This document shows, in pieces, positions 21,508-32,207 of a stretch of 64,000 nucleotides of DNA. The stretch lies in assembly GCA_043747615.1 (NCBI GenBank), contig JAYTOU010000003.1, positions 1 through 64,000 of the forward strand. Direction: 5' to 3'. The first letter of the stretch is position 1. The number at the start of each line of letters is the position of its first letter. The translations under genes were made by a program, and so were the position numbers. The stretch comes from Myxococcales bacterium (GTDB taxonomy: Bacteria > Myxococcota_A > Polyangia > Polyangiales > Polyangiaceae). The notes beneath the pieces are model-generated. The model was given only the letters and a program-made list of their open reading frames with translations, was not told the origin of the DNA and did not search any database.

Positions 21508-24500
21508 ATGATCCGATTCACCTGGCAAACCGGCGTCGTACTCACACTCGCAGTGGCCGCCTGCTCCATCGACAACGCTCCCACCGGTCTGCGGAGCACG
21601 CCGCCTGGAGCAGGCCCGCTCGTGATGTTCGATCTAGACAACAGACCGCTGCCGACGCTTCCCCTTCCGAACGACCTCGCCACCATTGCCGATCCGAGCA
21701 GCCGCACCGGGCGCCGCATCAACGTGAGCATGGTCGCACCGAGCGGAATGGAGCGTGCCGCGCGCGCGGGCTTCAACGACATGGAGGGCTGGGGCACGTC
21801 CGCGCCGATCTCCGTGCAGTTTGCACGCGATGCAAAAACACCGGGAACTGCTGCGGCGATCGACCTCGACGACGTGCGCTCGCGCATGCAAAAAGACGAT
21901 CACGATTTCACCAACGACCCGGTCTACGTCATCAACCTGACAACGGGCGTGCCGGTCATGCTCGACATGGGCGACGGAAATTACCCGCTCACTCTGCGCG
22001 ACACGGACAGCTACTGGGCGAACGATCTGAAGTCAGGCGAACAGAACTTACTCTTCGAGACGCAGGAAGAAGGAGCGGGCCTGAGCCAGGCCGACTACCG
22101 GCCGGCGCTCGACAACGATTTCGATGGCGTGCTCGATCACCCGAACACCCTCGGGACGGCCGCGCTCGTTCCTGCGGTCGACAATCTTCTCACCTGGTAC
22201 GAGCGCGAGACGGACACCCTCATTCTGAGGCCGCTCCTTCCGATGGACGAGAAGACGGAGTACGCCGTGGTCCTCACCGACCGGCTCCGCGGTCCCGATC
22301 GTGAGCCAGTGCGCTCTCCGTTTCCGAGCGTGCATCACCCGGCGCAGCGCACGGCGATCGAACGCGCACGCGCCATGCTCGGCGATGCGTCGAAGAGAAA
22401 TTACTACGGCGACCTCGCCGGCTCGGGGCTCGATCACGTGGCGTTCGCGTGGAGCTTCACCACCGAGCCGGTACAGGAGGACATGCGCCTCCTTCGCGAT
22501 GGACTCTACGGAAAAGGCGTCTTCTGTCGCTTCGCCACCGACTTTCCACCGAAGGTCACGATCCTCCGCGCGGCCGGAAAAGCGATCGCCAAGGAGGACG
22601 AGTCGCCCGGCTGGCAGAGCGATCCCAAGTGCGCACCGCGCGCGAAGACGCCGTACACCGTCTTTCTCGACGACGAGGTTCGCACCGTGTTCCACGATTT
22701 CTTTTTGCAAGTGATCGGCTACGACGCCGGTCACACCAAGGCGCTCGACGAGGCGATCACCAACATCGATCACATCGTGATCGGCACGTTTGCTTCTCCA
22801 TTCCTCATGGGAGATCCGGCCTCGACCGACGAGGACACTCGGTTTCACGTGAACTTCCAGACCGGACGGGCAGACGTTCAGGCGGACGCCGTGCACTTCT
22901 GGATCGTGGTGCCCAAGGCAAAGGCCGGGCTGACGCAGCCGTTTCCGATCACCTTCTGGGGACACGGCGCCGGGGGCAACGACACCGAGGGGATGCTCTA
23001 CGCGGGCGACTTTGCGCGCCAGGGGATCGCCACCATCGGCCTCGACATGCCGGGTCACGGAATCGCGTTCGACGTCGCCTCTCACACCCTCGCCGCCGCC
23101 GAGCTCACACCGCGCTGCCTCGCTCCGTGGACGCAAGCGCTCGCCAGCGGACGCGCGCACGACCTCAACTTCGACGGGACTCCAGATTCAGGCGCGTTCT
23201 GGTGGACGGCGCACATCTTCCACACCCGCGACAACGTTCGTCAGGGGATCCTCGACTCGCTCCAGGCGACGCGAATCCTCCGCACCTTCGACGGCGTCAC
23301 CCTGAGCGATCAGAGCTTCGATGCGAGCGGCAAGAGCAGCCTGGCAGGCGACTTCGACGGCAACGGGACGCCCGACGTGGGAGGCAACGCGCCCATCTTC
23401 GCGGCGGGTGAATCGCTCGGCGGCATCATGAGCGAGATCCAGGGCGGCATCGATCCATACCTCACCGCCGTCGCGCCGATGTCGGGGGGCGGCGGGCTCC
23501 TCGACGTGGCGTCGCGATCGTATGGAGTCACCGAAACCGTCGTGGAGCAGCAGCTTTCTCCGCTCTTCGTCTCCGTCTTGGCCTCCGAGCGACCGCTGAG
23601 GAAAGACGTGCCCCAGACGCGCTGCACCGGAGATCAGCGCTCGGTGCGCAGCGTGGTCAACGAGGGGCCAAGCTCGGTCGAGCTCGAGATCGCCTGCGTC
23701 AACGCCGCAGACCTCGATGAGCGCATGACGGTCGTGATCACGAACGTGAAGAATCACGAGCGCAGATGCGCGCGCACGGCGAAGGACGGGCGCTTTCGCA
23801 TTTCCCTTCCGTCGACCGCAGGAGACAAGATCGACATTCAGATCTACAACGCGACCGACGCAGTCACGTCCTACAAGGGTTGCGACGTGGTCGACGGCGC
23901 GCCTGCGGGCCGCCGGATCACCACCTGGGAGGTAGCCGCGACGCAGCTGAAGGCGCTCGCCGACGACACGAAGACCTGCGACAGCGACCGCGGCTGTCAG
24001 CAATTTCTCAATCGCTTTTACCCCGTCGGCAGCGATCTCGTGGCCGCGCAGGACGGCCTCGGCCTCTCCCGCCAGACGCCGGAATTTCGCCGTCTGCGTG
24101 ACCTCGCTCAAGCTGCGGTGGACGGCGCGGACCCGGTCAATTTCGCGCCCTACTACATGCTGCGTGCGCTGGTCGACGAGAACGGACACGCCGCTGGTCC
24201 GCGCGCGCTTCTGTCGATCAGCACCATCGGTGACGGCTTCGTCTCGATCTCGACGGGGATGGAGTTCGCGCGCGCTGCAGGGGCGATTCCGTTCTTGCCG
24301 CCGAGCGCCGTAACGTCGATGCCGGAGTACGCGGACTACGCGACTCCCCCGGCGCTCTACGACGCCTACGGCGGCAAGACTCCAAACCAGGTGCTCATCG
24401 ACAACGGGGTGGTCGAGGGGATCGCCCGACTTCGCCGCACGAGCGCAGGCAAAAGCTGCGGAGTGAACTACGCGGCTTCGGACATCTGCACGGGCGCTCC

Positions 24501-24930
24501 GAAGGTAGATCCAGACACCTGCGCGCAGACGCTCTTCGACTCCGACTGGATCAGTCAGGGTGGGCAGCACTTCGATCAGCCGCACCTCGCCGCTCCGCTG
24601 CGTCTAGCGCGGCTCGCCGAGACCCGGGTCACGGACGCGTCCTCGCTCACGCAGGCCTGGACGCCACGCCTCGCAGGGGTACCGCTCACTGCCGACGGAA
24701 ACGGCTGGCAAGCGAACGCGAAGGTCGTTGCCAACCTGAACATGTACGTCGACCCCAAGGGCAAGCACACCTGGGACGCCGGCGATCGCTGCAAGGCGTG
24801 GGACGAAGCCACCTACGGCAACGGGATGATCGCCCGATTCTTTGCAAGCGGCGGCAAGGATCTCTTCTACCTGAGTCATCCCGGATCGCACACCTGCCTC
24901 GTCGATCTGAGCTGCTCTTTCCTTAAGTGA
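21508..24930 (+). CDS. Large lipoprotein alpha/beta serine hydrolase (extracellular lipase-like), paralog 1
   Basis: Lipobox VAA-C; PLPND N-terminal motif, WGHG, DMPGHG, TRDNVRQ, nucleophile elbow GESLGG, DxNxDG/DxDxNG Ca-binding-like loops. Confidence 0.75.
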   Translation: MIRFTWQTGVVLTLAVAACSIDNAPTGLRSTPPGAGPLVMFDLDNRPLPTLPLPNDLATIADPSSRTGRRINVSMVAPSGMERAARAGFNDMEGWGTSAPISVQFARDAKTPGTAAAIDLDDVRSRMQKDDHDFTNDPVYVINLTTGVPVMLDMGDGNYPLTLRDTDSYWANDLKSGEQNLLFETQEEGAGLSQADYRPALDNDFDGVLDHPNTLGTAALVPAVDNLLTWYERETDTLILRPLLPMDEKTEYAVVLTDRLRGPDREPVRSPFPSVHHPAQRTAIERARAMLGDASKRNYYGDLAGSGLDHVAFAWSFTTEPVQEDMRLLRDGLYGKGVFCRFATDFPPKVTILRAAGKAIAKEDESPGWQSDPKCAPRAKTPYTVFLDDEVRTVFHDFFLQVIGYDAGHTKALDEAITNIDHIVIGTFASPFLMGDPASTDEDTRFHVNFQTGRADVQADAVHFWIVVPKAKAGLTQPFPITFWGHGAGGNDTEGMLYAGDFARQGIATIGLDMPGHGIAFDVASHTLAAAELTPRCLAPWTQALASGRAHDLNFDGTPDSGAFWWTAHIFHTRDNVRQGILDSLQATRILRTFDGVTLSDQSFDASGKSSLAGDFDGNGTPDVGGNAPIFAAGESLGGIMSEIQGGIDPYLTAVAPMSGGGGLLDVASRSYGVTETVVEQQLSPLFVSVLASERPLRKDVPQTRCTGDQRSVRSVVNEGPSSVELEIACVNAADLDERMTVVITNVKNHERRCARTAKDGRFRISLPSTAGDKIDIQIYNATDAVTSYKGCDVVDGAPAGRRITTWEVAATQLKALADDTKTCDSDRGCQQFLNRFYPVGSDLVAAQDGLGLSRQTPEFRRLRDLAQAAVDGADPVNFAPYYMLRALVDENGHAAGPRALLSISTIGDGFVSISTGMEFARAAGAIPFLPPSAVTSMPEYADYATPPALYDAYGGKTPNQVLIDNGVVEGIARLRRTSAGKSCGVNYAASDICTGAPKVDPDTCAQTLFDSDWISQGGQHFDQPHLAAPLRLARLAETRVTDASSLTQAWTPRLAGVPLTADGNGWQANAKVVANLNMYVDPKGKHTWDAGDRCKAWDEATYGNGMIARFFASGGKDLFYLSHPGSHTCLVDLSCSFLK

Positions 24931-24955
24931 ACGAGGGAGCAATACTCGCTCGTAG

Positions 24956-27900
24956 ATGCTCCTTGGTAATTGGCTTGGGTGTGCCGCGGCGACGTTGACT
25001 CTGACCGGCGTGCTTGGCGCGTGCTCGATCGACGCCGTGCCGTCGGGTCTGCGAGCAACCCCAAGTGGGGACGGGCCGACCGTACTCTTCGACGTGGAGC
25101 ACAGGCCGCTGCCCAAGATCCCGTTTCCCAACGACATCGCCACCTTTGCGGATCCGTCGAGTCGCACCGGGCGCCGCCTCAACGTGAGCATGATTGCGCC
25201 GACGGGGATGGAGAAGAGCGCGCGGGACGGTTTCAGCGAGATGGAGGGTTGGGGAACGTTTGCTCCCATCAGCGTCAGCTTCGCACCGTCCGCCCACCAC
25301 GATCCCCAGCACGCAGCGCTCGATCTGCAAGACATCCATCGGCGCATGCAAGAGGACGGCTACGAGTTCGCCAACGACTGCGTCTACGTGATCAACCTCA
25401 CGACCGGCGTGCCCGTCATCCTCGACATGGGCCACGGAAATTTTCCGGCAACGATCGCAGAGCCGGGCAACTACTACCCGAACGATCCGCGGCGCGACGA
25501 ACAGAACATCCTCTTCGAGACGGCGGAAGAGGGCGCCGGCGTCACCCAGTACAAGCCCTCGCTCGACACGGACTTCGACGGTGTTCTCGATCATCCGAAC
25601 ACTCTCGGGGGCACCTCGGGCGTTCAAGGCGTCGACAATCTGATGACTTGGTACGAGCGAGAGACCGACTCGCTCATCTTGCGGCCACTCATTCCGATGG
25701 AGGAAAAGACGGAGTACGCAGTCATCCTCACCGATCGCCTCAAGGGAGAGAACGGCGAGCCCGTCAGGTCACCATTCCCGTTCATCCACCACCCCGAGCA
25801 GAAGGACGCCATCGCTCGCGTGCGGGACATTCTCGGAGACCGCAGTCGCGCGAACTACTACGGAGACATCGCAGGCTCGGGCCTCGAGCACGTGGCCTTC
25901 GCCTGGAGCTTCACGACGCAGCCCGTCTACGAGGACATGCGCCTCCTCCGCGATGGCCTGTACGGCAAAGGGCCTTTCGCCCGTCTCGGCGCGTCGTTCC
26001 CCGCAAAATCAAGCGCATTCCGCGCCGTCGGTTTGGCGCGTGATCCGGCGGACGAGTCTCCCGGTTCTTCGAGCGACCCGCGGTGCAAGCTGGTGCAAGG
26101 CACGCCATACATCGTCAAGAAGAAGGACGCGGCGGAGGCCATACACGTCCTCCTGCAGCGCGTGCTCCCCTTCTCCGTAGCGGAGGCAAAGGCGCTCGAG
26201 GACTCGCTCGACAACGTCGACCACCTCGTCATCGGCACCTTCGCGTCGCCGTATTTTTTGGGCGACCCGGAGCGCGAGTCTACCGACGGGCACTTCCACT
26301 TGGACTTCCGAACGGGCGAAGGCAACGTCGTCCCGGACGCCGTCCATTTTTGGCTCGCGGTGCCCAAGGCAACGCCGGGCCACGGCCAACCTTTTCCGAC
26401 CGTGGTGTGGGCCCACGGCACCGGCAACAACGATGCTGAGATCATCGTCCGCGCTGGGTACTTCGCGCGCCACGGAATCGCCACCTTCGGGATCGATCTT
26501 CCAGGTCACGGCCTCGTCGCGGACCGTGGGCTCGAGATGCTCGCCGAGGCGCTGCTCCGCAACACGTGCATGGTGCCCTGGACCACGGGCATCATTTCCG
26601 GGCGGGCACGCGATCTCAACGGCGACGGCGTCCCCGACTCCGGCGGCCTCTACTGGTCCGCTCACCTCTTTCACACCCGCGACACGCTACGTCAGTCGGT
26701 CGTCGATGAGTTGCAAGCTACACGCGTTCTTCGAGCCTTCGATCAGCCGGGCGACCAAGACTTCAACGGTGACGGATCGCCTGACAAAATGGGTGATTTC
26801 GACGGTGACGGCGTGGCCGACGTCGGCGGGGCAACGTCACTCATCTACACCTCGGGCAACTCGCTCGGCGGCGTGCTCGCGCAGATGCACGGGGCGCTCG
26901 ATCCGAACGTCACCGCCTCGGCGCCGATCTCCGGAGCAGGAGGAGCGACCGACACCGCTGGGCGTTCGGACCTTGCTGCCAACTGGACCATCGAACAGTT
27001 GATCACCCCGCTCGTCGTCGCGATGCCCTCGAGCGACCTCGCAAACGACGTCACGAACGCCACGGCGTGCGGCCCCTCCGAGCGCTCGGTTCGCTTCGTC
27101 ATCAACGACCTCACGAACACGCGCCAGATCGAGGTGGCTTGCCTCAGCTCCGCGGAGCTCTCCAAGGGAATGACGGTGGTCCTCACGAACACCCGAAACC
27201 AAGAGCGACGATGCGCGCGCACGGGAGACGATGGCCGGTTTCGTCTGCCCATTCCTGCCAACATCGGAGACCACCTCGACATTCAGCTCTTTACCGCAGC
27301 CGACGCCGTCGACTCTTACGGCACATGCAACGTGCTCCCGGACGCGCTCGCAAACCAGGTTGGTCGGCGCATCAAAACCTGGGAGCAGGCAGCGAAGTCC
27401 TACAAGAGCGTCGGTGACGATTCCAAAGCGTGCCCGCCCGACACGAGCTGCCAGCAGTTTCGCGATCAGTTCTACGCCGTTGGCGATCCGCTCTGCGCAC
27501 CGCAGGAAGGGTTCGGTCTCTATCGGCAATCGCACCAGTTTCGCGAGCTCTTCGCGCTTACGCAGGCGGCGCTCGATGTCGGCGATCCGGTGAATTTCGC
27601 GCCGTACTTCATGTTGAAGCCGCTCCCGGGGATCGACGGCGTGAACGTGGGGCCGCACGCGCTTCTTGCCAGTTACACCGTCGGAGATCCCACGGTTCCC
27701 ATTGGCACCGGGTACGCGTTCGCGCGGGCCGCGGGGGCGGTCCCGTTTCTCCCGCCGTCGGCGGCGATCCGATTTCCCGAGTACGCGGCCTACGCGACTC
27801 CGCCGTCTCTGTTCTCGACCTGGGGCGGGAAGACGCCCAACGAGCTCCTTATCGAGAGTCACGCCGCCGAGGGGGTCGCGCGCCTCGAGCGTGCACCAGC

Positions 27901-28384
27901 GGGCACGAGCTGCGCGTCGAACTACGTGAGGAGCGCGGGTTGCGTGGCTGATCCCGGCGCGGCCTCGACTACTTGCAGGCAGACGCTCTTCGATACCGAC
28001 TGGCACGCCGAAGGACGCGACCGCTACGATCAGCAACACCTCGCCGATCCACTTCGCCTGGCACGCTCCGCGCGGATCATCGGCACTGACGCCGACTCGC
28101 TCGAAAGGAGCTGGGCCCCGCGCATCCTCGGTGCACCGGCGGTCGGCGCCGACAACGCGTGGCAGCCGAACGGCCCGGTCGTCGCCATGGTCAGCGCCTA
28201 CATCAATCCGCTTGGCCAGCACGTATGGACCGTGGGGAATCCCTGCAAAGCGTGGGACGACGCCGTCTACTACGACAACCTCTTGGCGCATTTTCTGGCG
28301 ACCAGCGGCTCCGATGTCTACGCCCTCAGCCACCCGAAAACGCATCGGTGCCTGGCGGATTCGAGCTGCGACTTCTTCCACTAG
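24956..28384 (+). CDS. Large lipoprotein alpha/beta serine hydrolase (extracellular lipase-like), paralog 2
   Basis: Lipobox LGA-C; PFPND, WAHG, DLPGHG, TRDTLRQ, GNSLGG; collinear with paralog 1 over the full length. Confidence 0.75.
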   Translation: MLLGNWLGCAAATLTLTGVLGACSIDAVPSGLRATPSGDGPTVLFDVEHRPLPKIPFPNDIATFADPSSRTGRRLNVSMIAPTGMEKSARDGFSEMEGWGTFAPISVSFAPSAHHDPQHAALDLQDIHRRMQEDGYEFANDCVYVINLTTGVPVILDMGHGNFPATIAEPGNYYPNDPRRDEQNILFETAEEGAGVTQYKPSLDTDFDGVLDHPNTLGGTSGVQGVDNLMTWYERETDSLILRPLIPMEEKTEYAVILTDRLKGENGEPVRSPFPFIHHPEQKDAIARVRDILGDRSRANYYGDIAGSGLEHVAFAWSFTTQPVYEDMRLLRDGLYGKGPFARLGASFPAKSSAFRAVGLARDPADESPGSSSDPRCKLVQGTPYIVKKKDAAEAIHVLLQRVLPFSVAEAKALEDSLDNVDHLVIGTFASPYFLGDPERESTDGHFHLDFRTGEGNVVPDAVHFWLAVPKATPGHGQPFPTVVWAHGTGNNDAEIIVRAGYFARHGIATFGIDLPGHGLVADRGLEMLAEALLRNTCMVPWTTGIISGRARDLNGDGVPDSGGLYWSAHLFHTRDTLRQSVVDELQATRVLRAFDQPGDQDFNGDGSPDKMGDFDGDGVADVGGATSLIYTSGNSLGGVLAQMHGALDPNVTASAPISGAGGATDTAGRSDLAANWTIEQLITPLVVAMPSSDLANDVTNATACGPSERSVRFVINDLTNTRQIEVACLSSAELSKGMTVVLTNTRNQERRCARTGDDGRFRLPIPANIGDHLDIQLFTAADAVDSYGTCNVLPDALANQVGRRIKTWEQAAKSYKSVGDDSKACPPDTSCQQFRDQFYAVGDPLCAPQEGFGLYRQSHQFRELFALTQAALDVGDPVNFAPYFMLKPLPGIDGVNVGPHALLASYTVGDPTVPIGTGYAFARAAGAVPFLPPSAAIRFPEYAAYATPPSLFSTWGGKTPNELLIESHAAEGVARLERAPAGTSCASNYVRSAGCVADPGAASTTCRQTLFDTDWHAEGRDRYDQQHLADPLRLARSARIIGTDADSLERSWAPRILGAPAVGADNAWQPNGPVVAMVSAYINPLGQHVWTVGNPCKAWDDAVYYDNLLAHFLATSGSDVYALSHPKTHRCLADSSCDFFH

Positions 28385-28427
28385 GTCTCGGTGGTCGGCT
28401 AGACCGTTTTCGATTAGCGTCGCCGCC

Positions 28428-28940
28428 ATGCGCTACTACGTCACGCTCGATCCGGATCCGGCAGCGAAGCCCGTGCTGGTCGACGTCGCCGACCTTCCGA
28501 GCGGCGCGCTCGAAGTGAAGGTCGACGGCGTGCTGACCGAGGTCGACGTGGTCCCCATCGGCAAGCAGCTGTCGGTGCGCGTGAACGGCATGATGGTGGA
28601 CTTGACGACGGAGGGGGCGCCGCCCGACCTCGGAGTGATCGCCAACGGTCATCGCTCGTACGTAAGCGTGGTGAGCGAGCGTGAGCGCGCAGCGCAAGCC
28701 GCCAAAAAATCGAAGGGCGGCGCAAACGAGCGCGTTCTGAAATCTCCGATGCCGGGGCGGATCGTCAAGGTGCTGGTCGCCAAGGGAGACGCGGTGGTCG
28801 TCGGCCAAGCGCTCTTCGTGATCGAAGCGATGAAAATGGAAAACGAGCTCAAGGCAAAAAACCAGCAGACGATCGCCGAGGTGCACGTGACCGTGGGAAT
28901 GACCGTGGAGGCCAACGCGAAGCTGGTCACCTTCGGATGA
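28428..28940 (+). CDS. Biotin carboxyl carrier domain protein
   Basis: SPMPGRIVKVLV..GD.V..GQ and the EAMKMENE biotinylation motif. Confidence 0.92.
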   Translation: MRYYVTLDPDPAAKPVLVDVADLPSGALEVKVDGVLTEVDVVPIGKQLSVRVNGMMVDLTTEGAPPDLGVIANGHRSYVSVVSERERAAQAAKKSKGGANERVLKSPMPGRIVKVLVAKGDAVVVGQALFVIEAMKMENELKAKNQQTIAEVHVTVGMTVEANAKLVTFG

Positions 28941-29914
28941 ATCGGCTGTCGCTCGTTCACGCGCCGACTCCCCTCGTCACACGTGAGCGCCTGAGCGCGC
29001 AGCTGGGCGTCGAGCTTTGGATCAAACGCGACGACGCGACCTCCGGCGCCGAATCGGGGAACAAACTTCGGAAGCTCGAATTTCTCCTCGCGGACGCCAT
29101 CGCGAAGAAGGCAACCATCGTCCTCACGTGCGGCGGGATCCAGTCGAACCACGCACGAGCGACGGCGATCGTGTGCGCGCAGCTCGGGCTGAAGTGCCTT
29201 CTTTTCTTGCGCGTCGACGATATTTCGGCAGCGCTGCCTCGCAGCGGTAACGTCGCTCTCGATCGCCTGGTCGGCGCGGAGCTTCGCCAGGTGACCCGCG
29301 ACGAATACGACGATCGCGTCAACGTCCTCGAGCTTGCCGCGAAGGAGCTCACGGCGAAGGGGGAGACACCGTACGTGATCCCTGAGGGCGGCTCGAACGG
29401 CCTCGGCGCTCTCGGCTACGTCGAAGCCATGCGGGAAGTGCGCAGTCAGATCGCGGCAGAGGCGCGCTTCGATTTCATCGTTCACGCATGCGGGTCCGGA
29501 GGGACGGCAGCCGGGATCGCCCTCGGAGCCTCCAAATTCAAGGTCGCCGAGACAGTGCTTACCTTCGCGGTGTGCGACGACCGCCCGTACTTCGAAGTGG
29601 TCATCGCTCGGATCATCGCCGAGGCTCAGCGGATCGATCCCTCGCTCACTGCGTACGCGCGCGTCATCGTCGACGACGCCTCTCGGGGTCCGGCCTACGC
29701 CGTCATGAGCAAAGAGCAGCTCGTCTTCCTTCGTCAGGTCGCGCGCTCGAACGGACTCATTCTCGATCCCGTCTACACCGGCAAGGCTCTCTTCGGGCTC
29801 GCGCAGTCCATCGAACGCGGTGAAGTCCCCCGCGGCGCGCGGGTTCTCTTCGTGCACACCGGCGGGCTTCCCGGCCTCCTCGCCGACGACAACGTGCTCG
29901 AGGCGGACGCCTGA
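28937..29914 (+). CDS. D-cysteine desulfhydrase family PLP enzyme
   Basis: PTPL, KRDD, GNKLRKLEF, QSNHAR, PEGGSN, GSGGT, LDPVYTGK and HTGG (Thr residues where ACC deaminases have Glu/Leu). Confidence 0.85.
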   Translation: MNRLSLVHAPTPLVTRERLSAQLGVELWIKRDDATSGAESGNKLRKLEFLLADAIAKKATIVLTCGGIQSNHARATAIVCAQLGLKCLLFLRVDDISAALPRSGNVALDRLVGAELRQVTRDEYDDRVNVLELAAKELTAKGETPYVIPEGGSNGLGALGYVEAMREVRSQIAAEARFDFIVHACGSGGTAAGIALGASKFKVAETVLTFAVCDDRPYFEVVIARIIAEAQRIDPSLTAYARVIVDDASRGPAYAVMSKEQLVFLRQVARSNGLILDPVYTGKALFGLAQSIERGEVPRGARVLFVHTGGLPGLLADDNVLEADA

Positions 29915-29915
29915 A

Positions 29916-30701
29916 ATGCCCGCGGCGGCTCCTGCGAAAGATGGAAACAACATCGTTGGATGGGGGCTCGCCGTGTACGGAGCAACCCTCCTCGCGGGCG
30001 CGTACCTTTCGCAAAACGCAACCGGTGCCGCGGCCGTCCAGGCCGTGATCGCGGAGTTCGGTGCGGGGCGGCTGGCGATCTCCTGGTCCGACCCTGCGAG
30101 CACGGATCCCTCCGCGCGCGAGATCACCATCCGGGCGGTCCGCGGAGCCGCAATGGGATTCGCGGTGGCCATTCTCGTCATCGCTTTCGCGACGCTCGGC
30201 GGAGCAGCGGCCATCGTGACGGGTCATGGCTCGATTCCTCAGGTGCTCGTGGGGCTCCTTTTGGCGTGCCTTTTTGCCGTCCGCGACGAGCTCCTCCTGC
30301 GCGGCCTCGTCATCCGCGCTTTCGCGAACCGCCTTCGTTCTCCGCTCGTCCTCGTGGTATGCGGTCTTGCGGCAGCGGCGGCGCGCTACGGCGGAGCCAA
30401 TTGCACGCTGCTCCTTGCGGTAAGCTCCGGCGCGGCAGGCGTAGCGTTCGGCGCGCTGTGGCTTCGGGACCGCGGCGCATGGATGGCGTGGGGCGCCCAC
30501 GTTGCGTGGGTCTGGGCAACGGAGACGCTCACCCACGATGGCCTCATCGACGTCCGAAGCAAGCTCGGCGCGTGGGGCGGCGGCGACGCGGGGCTCGAAG
30601 GCGGCTACGCAGGGGCGTTCGTTCTCCTCCTCGTTGCCGTTTGCGCTTTGATTTGGGGGTCGCGCGCAGTGCACTCGCCCCCGAGGGCGAGTCTCGGGTA
30701 G
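29916..30701 (+). CDS. CPBP/CAAX-family intramembrane protease-like protein (motifs partly degenerate)
   Basis: Multi-TM; RDELLLRG (EExxxR-like), WGAHVAW, GLEGG. Confidence 0.65.
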   Translation: MPAAAPAKDGNNIVGWGLAVYGATLLAGAYLSQNATGAAAVQAVIAEFGAGRLAISWSDPASTDPSAREITIRAVRGAAMGFAVAILVIAFATLGGAAAIVTGHGSIPQVLVGLLLACLFAVRDELLLRGLVIRAFANRLRSPLVLVVCGLAAAAARYGGANCTLLLAVSSGAAGVAFGALWLRDRGAWMAWGAHVAWVWATETLTHDGLIDVRSKLGAWGGGDAGLEGGYAGAFVLLLVAVCALIWGSRAVHSPPRASLG

Positions 30702-30716
30702 GATCCGGCTCGAAAA

Positions 30717-32207
30717 ATGGCGGGCACCGAGGACGACGCGAACGGAGACTTCAGGCGCTTCTCCCCCACGCTCCAGCCGCCGAGCCGCGGCTCTGTTCCT
30801 CCGCCGAACGATTCCGCGCGCGAAGCGACGGGCGAAGACTTCCTCTTCCATCTCTACCGAGGCAGCGAGCTTCTCCAGGACAGCCGAGTGCTCGAAGCGA
30901 AAGAGGAGCTAGAGCACGCGCTCCTTCTGCAGCCGAGCGATCCCAAAGGCCAGGATTTGCTCGCGACCGTTTACTTCCGGATCGGCGCGTTTCCAAGGGC
31001 GATCCAAATCTACGAGCGCCTTCGCGCGGACAGCCCCGAAGACACTTCGCTCAAGCTCAATCTCGCACTTTGCTATTTGAAGACCGGGCAGGCGCAGGCG
31101 GCGCGCGTCGAGCTCGAAGAAGTGGTGCGGCTCCATCCCGAGCATCGGCGAGCGTGGGGCTACCTTGGCCTGGCGTACGAACGCGTCGCGGAACTCGAGA
31201 AAGCAATCTCGGCGTTCGATCAAGGCGGGCACTCGGCGATGGCCAAGCGAATCTCGGACCGGCGCGCAGGCAACTCGATCAACGTGGCTCATGCCGCGCG
31301 TGCCGCCGAATCGGTCGAGATCCGTGAAGCGGCTTCGCAAGCGTTCAACGAGCTCGACGCCGGTGAGCTCAGCTTCGCGCTTGCCGCGCCAGCGACGCAC
31401 CAGACGGGGACATGGCGCTCCGTCGAGCTCGGCGAGGCTGCAGACCCCGCACCCGTCGGCCGCACCCTGCCGAACATGACCGCTCCTCCGCCTCCGTCGG
31501 CCGAGGCGGCACGTGTGCGATCGATGTCGAGCGTGAACCCGCCCGCGCACGGAGATCTCCCCTCGCTGGGCGATCTCGCTCGCACCTCCGTCTTCGACAC
31601 CGGCGCGCCGATGCTGCTCGATCCAAGCGGGCTCCTGGCGCTGCGTCTGAGGCGCGGGGAGCGCAGCTTCGCAGTACGCCTCGACGCACTCCGCGCATAC
31701 AGTGGGGTCATCCAAACGTCGGTCCTCGATCGACGCGCGCGCGGCGCTTCGCTCGGCGAGGCCTTCGGAGGCATCGGCGGCCCGCTCCTGCGGATCACAG
31801 GAGACGGTCCGCTCCTCCTCGGCCCGCGCCCTTCCCGTCACATCGTCGCGTTTAGCGTGCACAAAGAAATGTTTTTTCTGCGAGAAGAACTGGTGCTCGC
31901 CTTCGATCTGGCCATGACCTTCGAGAACAGCCGCCTGTCGCACGGCGAGCAGGATGCGCTGTCGATCGTCCAAATGCGCGGCCCCGGGGCGCTCGCCATC
32001 GAGCTTCTCGAACCGCTTCGCTCCCTCGACGTCAGCGCGTCGAGCGTCGATCCGGAGGTAGGCACGGTCACCGCACGCGTGAGCTCGGTGGTCGGGTGGA
32101 TCGGTCGTCTCGTTCCGCGTCTCGTCGTGGCGAGCGACGCGCCTGCAGGGCAACGCGGCCTCCTTAGCTTTTCCGGTGACGGCACGCTGTTGCTGTCGGG
32201 TCGCTGA
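30717..32207 (+). CDS. TPR protein with C-terminal AIM24-like domain
   Basis: FLFHLYRGSELLQ followed by TPR repeats; C-terminal FGG..GPLLRITGDG, FLREELVLAFD, FSGDGTLL. Confidence 0.7.
   Translation: MAGTEDDANGDFRRFSPTLQPPSRGSVPPPNDSAREATGEDFLFHLYRGSELLQDSRVLEAKEELEHALLLQPSDPKGQDLLATVYFRIGAFPRAIQIYERLRADSPEDTSLKLNLALCYLKTGQAQAARVELEEVVRLHPEHRRAWGYLGLAYERVAELEKAISAFDQGGHSAMAKRISDRRAGNSINVAHAARAAESVEIREAASQAFNELDAGELSFALAAPATHQTGTWRSVELGEAADPAPVGRTLPNMTAPPPPSAEAARVRSMSSVNPPAHGDLPSLGDLARTSVFDTGAPMLLDPSGLLALRLRRGERSFAVRLDALRAYSGVIQTSVLDRRARGASLGEAFGGIGGPLLRITGDGPLLLGPRPSRHIVAFSVHKEMFFLREELVLAFDLAMTFENSRLSHGEQDALSIVQMRGPGALAIELLEPLRSLDVSASSVDPEVGTVTARVSSVVGWIGRLVPRLVVASDAPAGQRGLLSFSGDGTLLLSGR

Noticed and set aside
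28937..29914. ACC deaminase call
   Set aside because: It has DPVYTGK/HTGG rather than the Glu/Leu residues diagnostic of true ACC deaminases.
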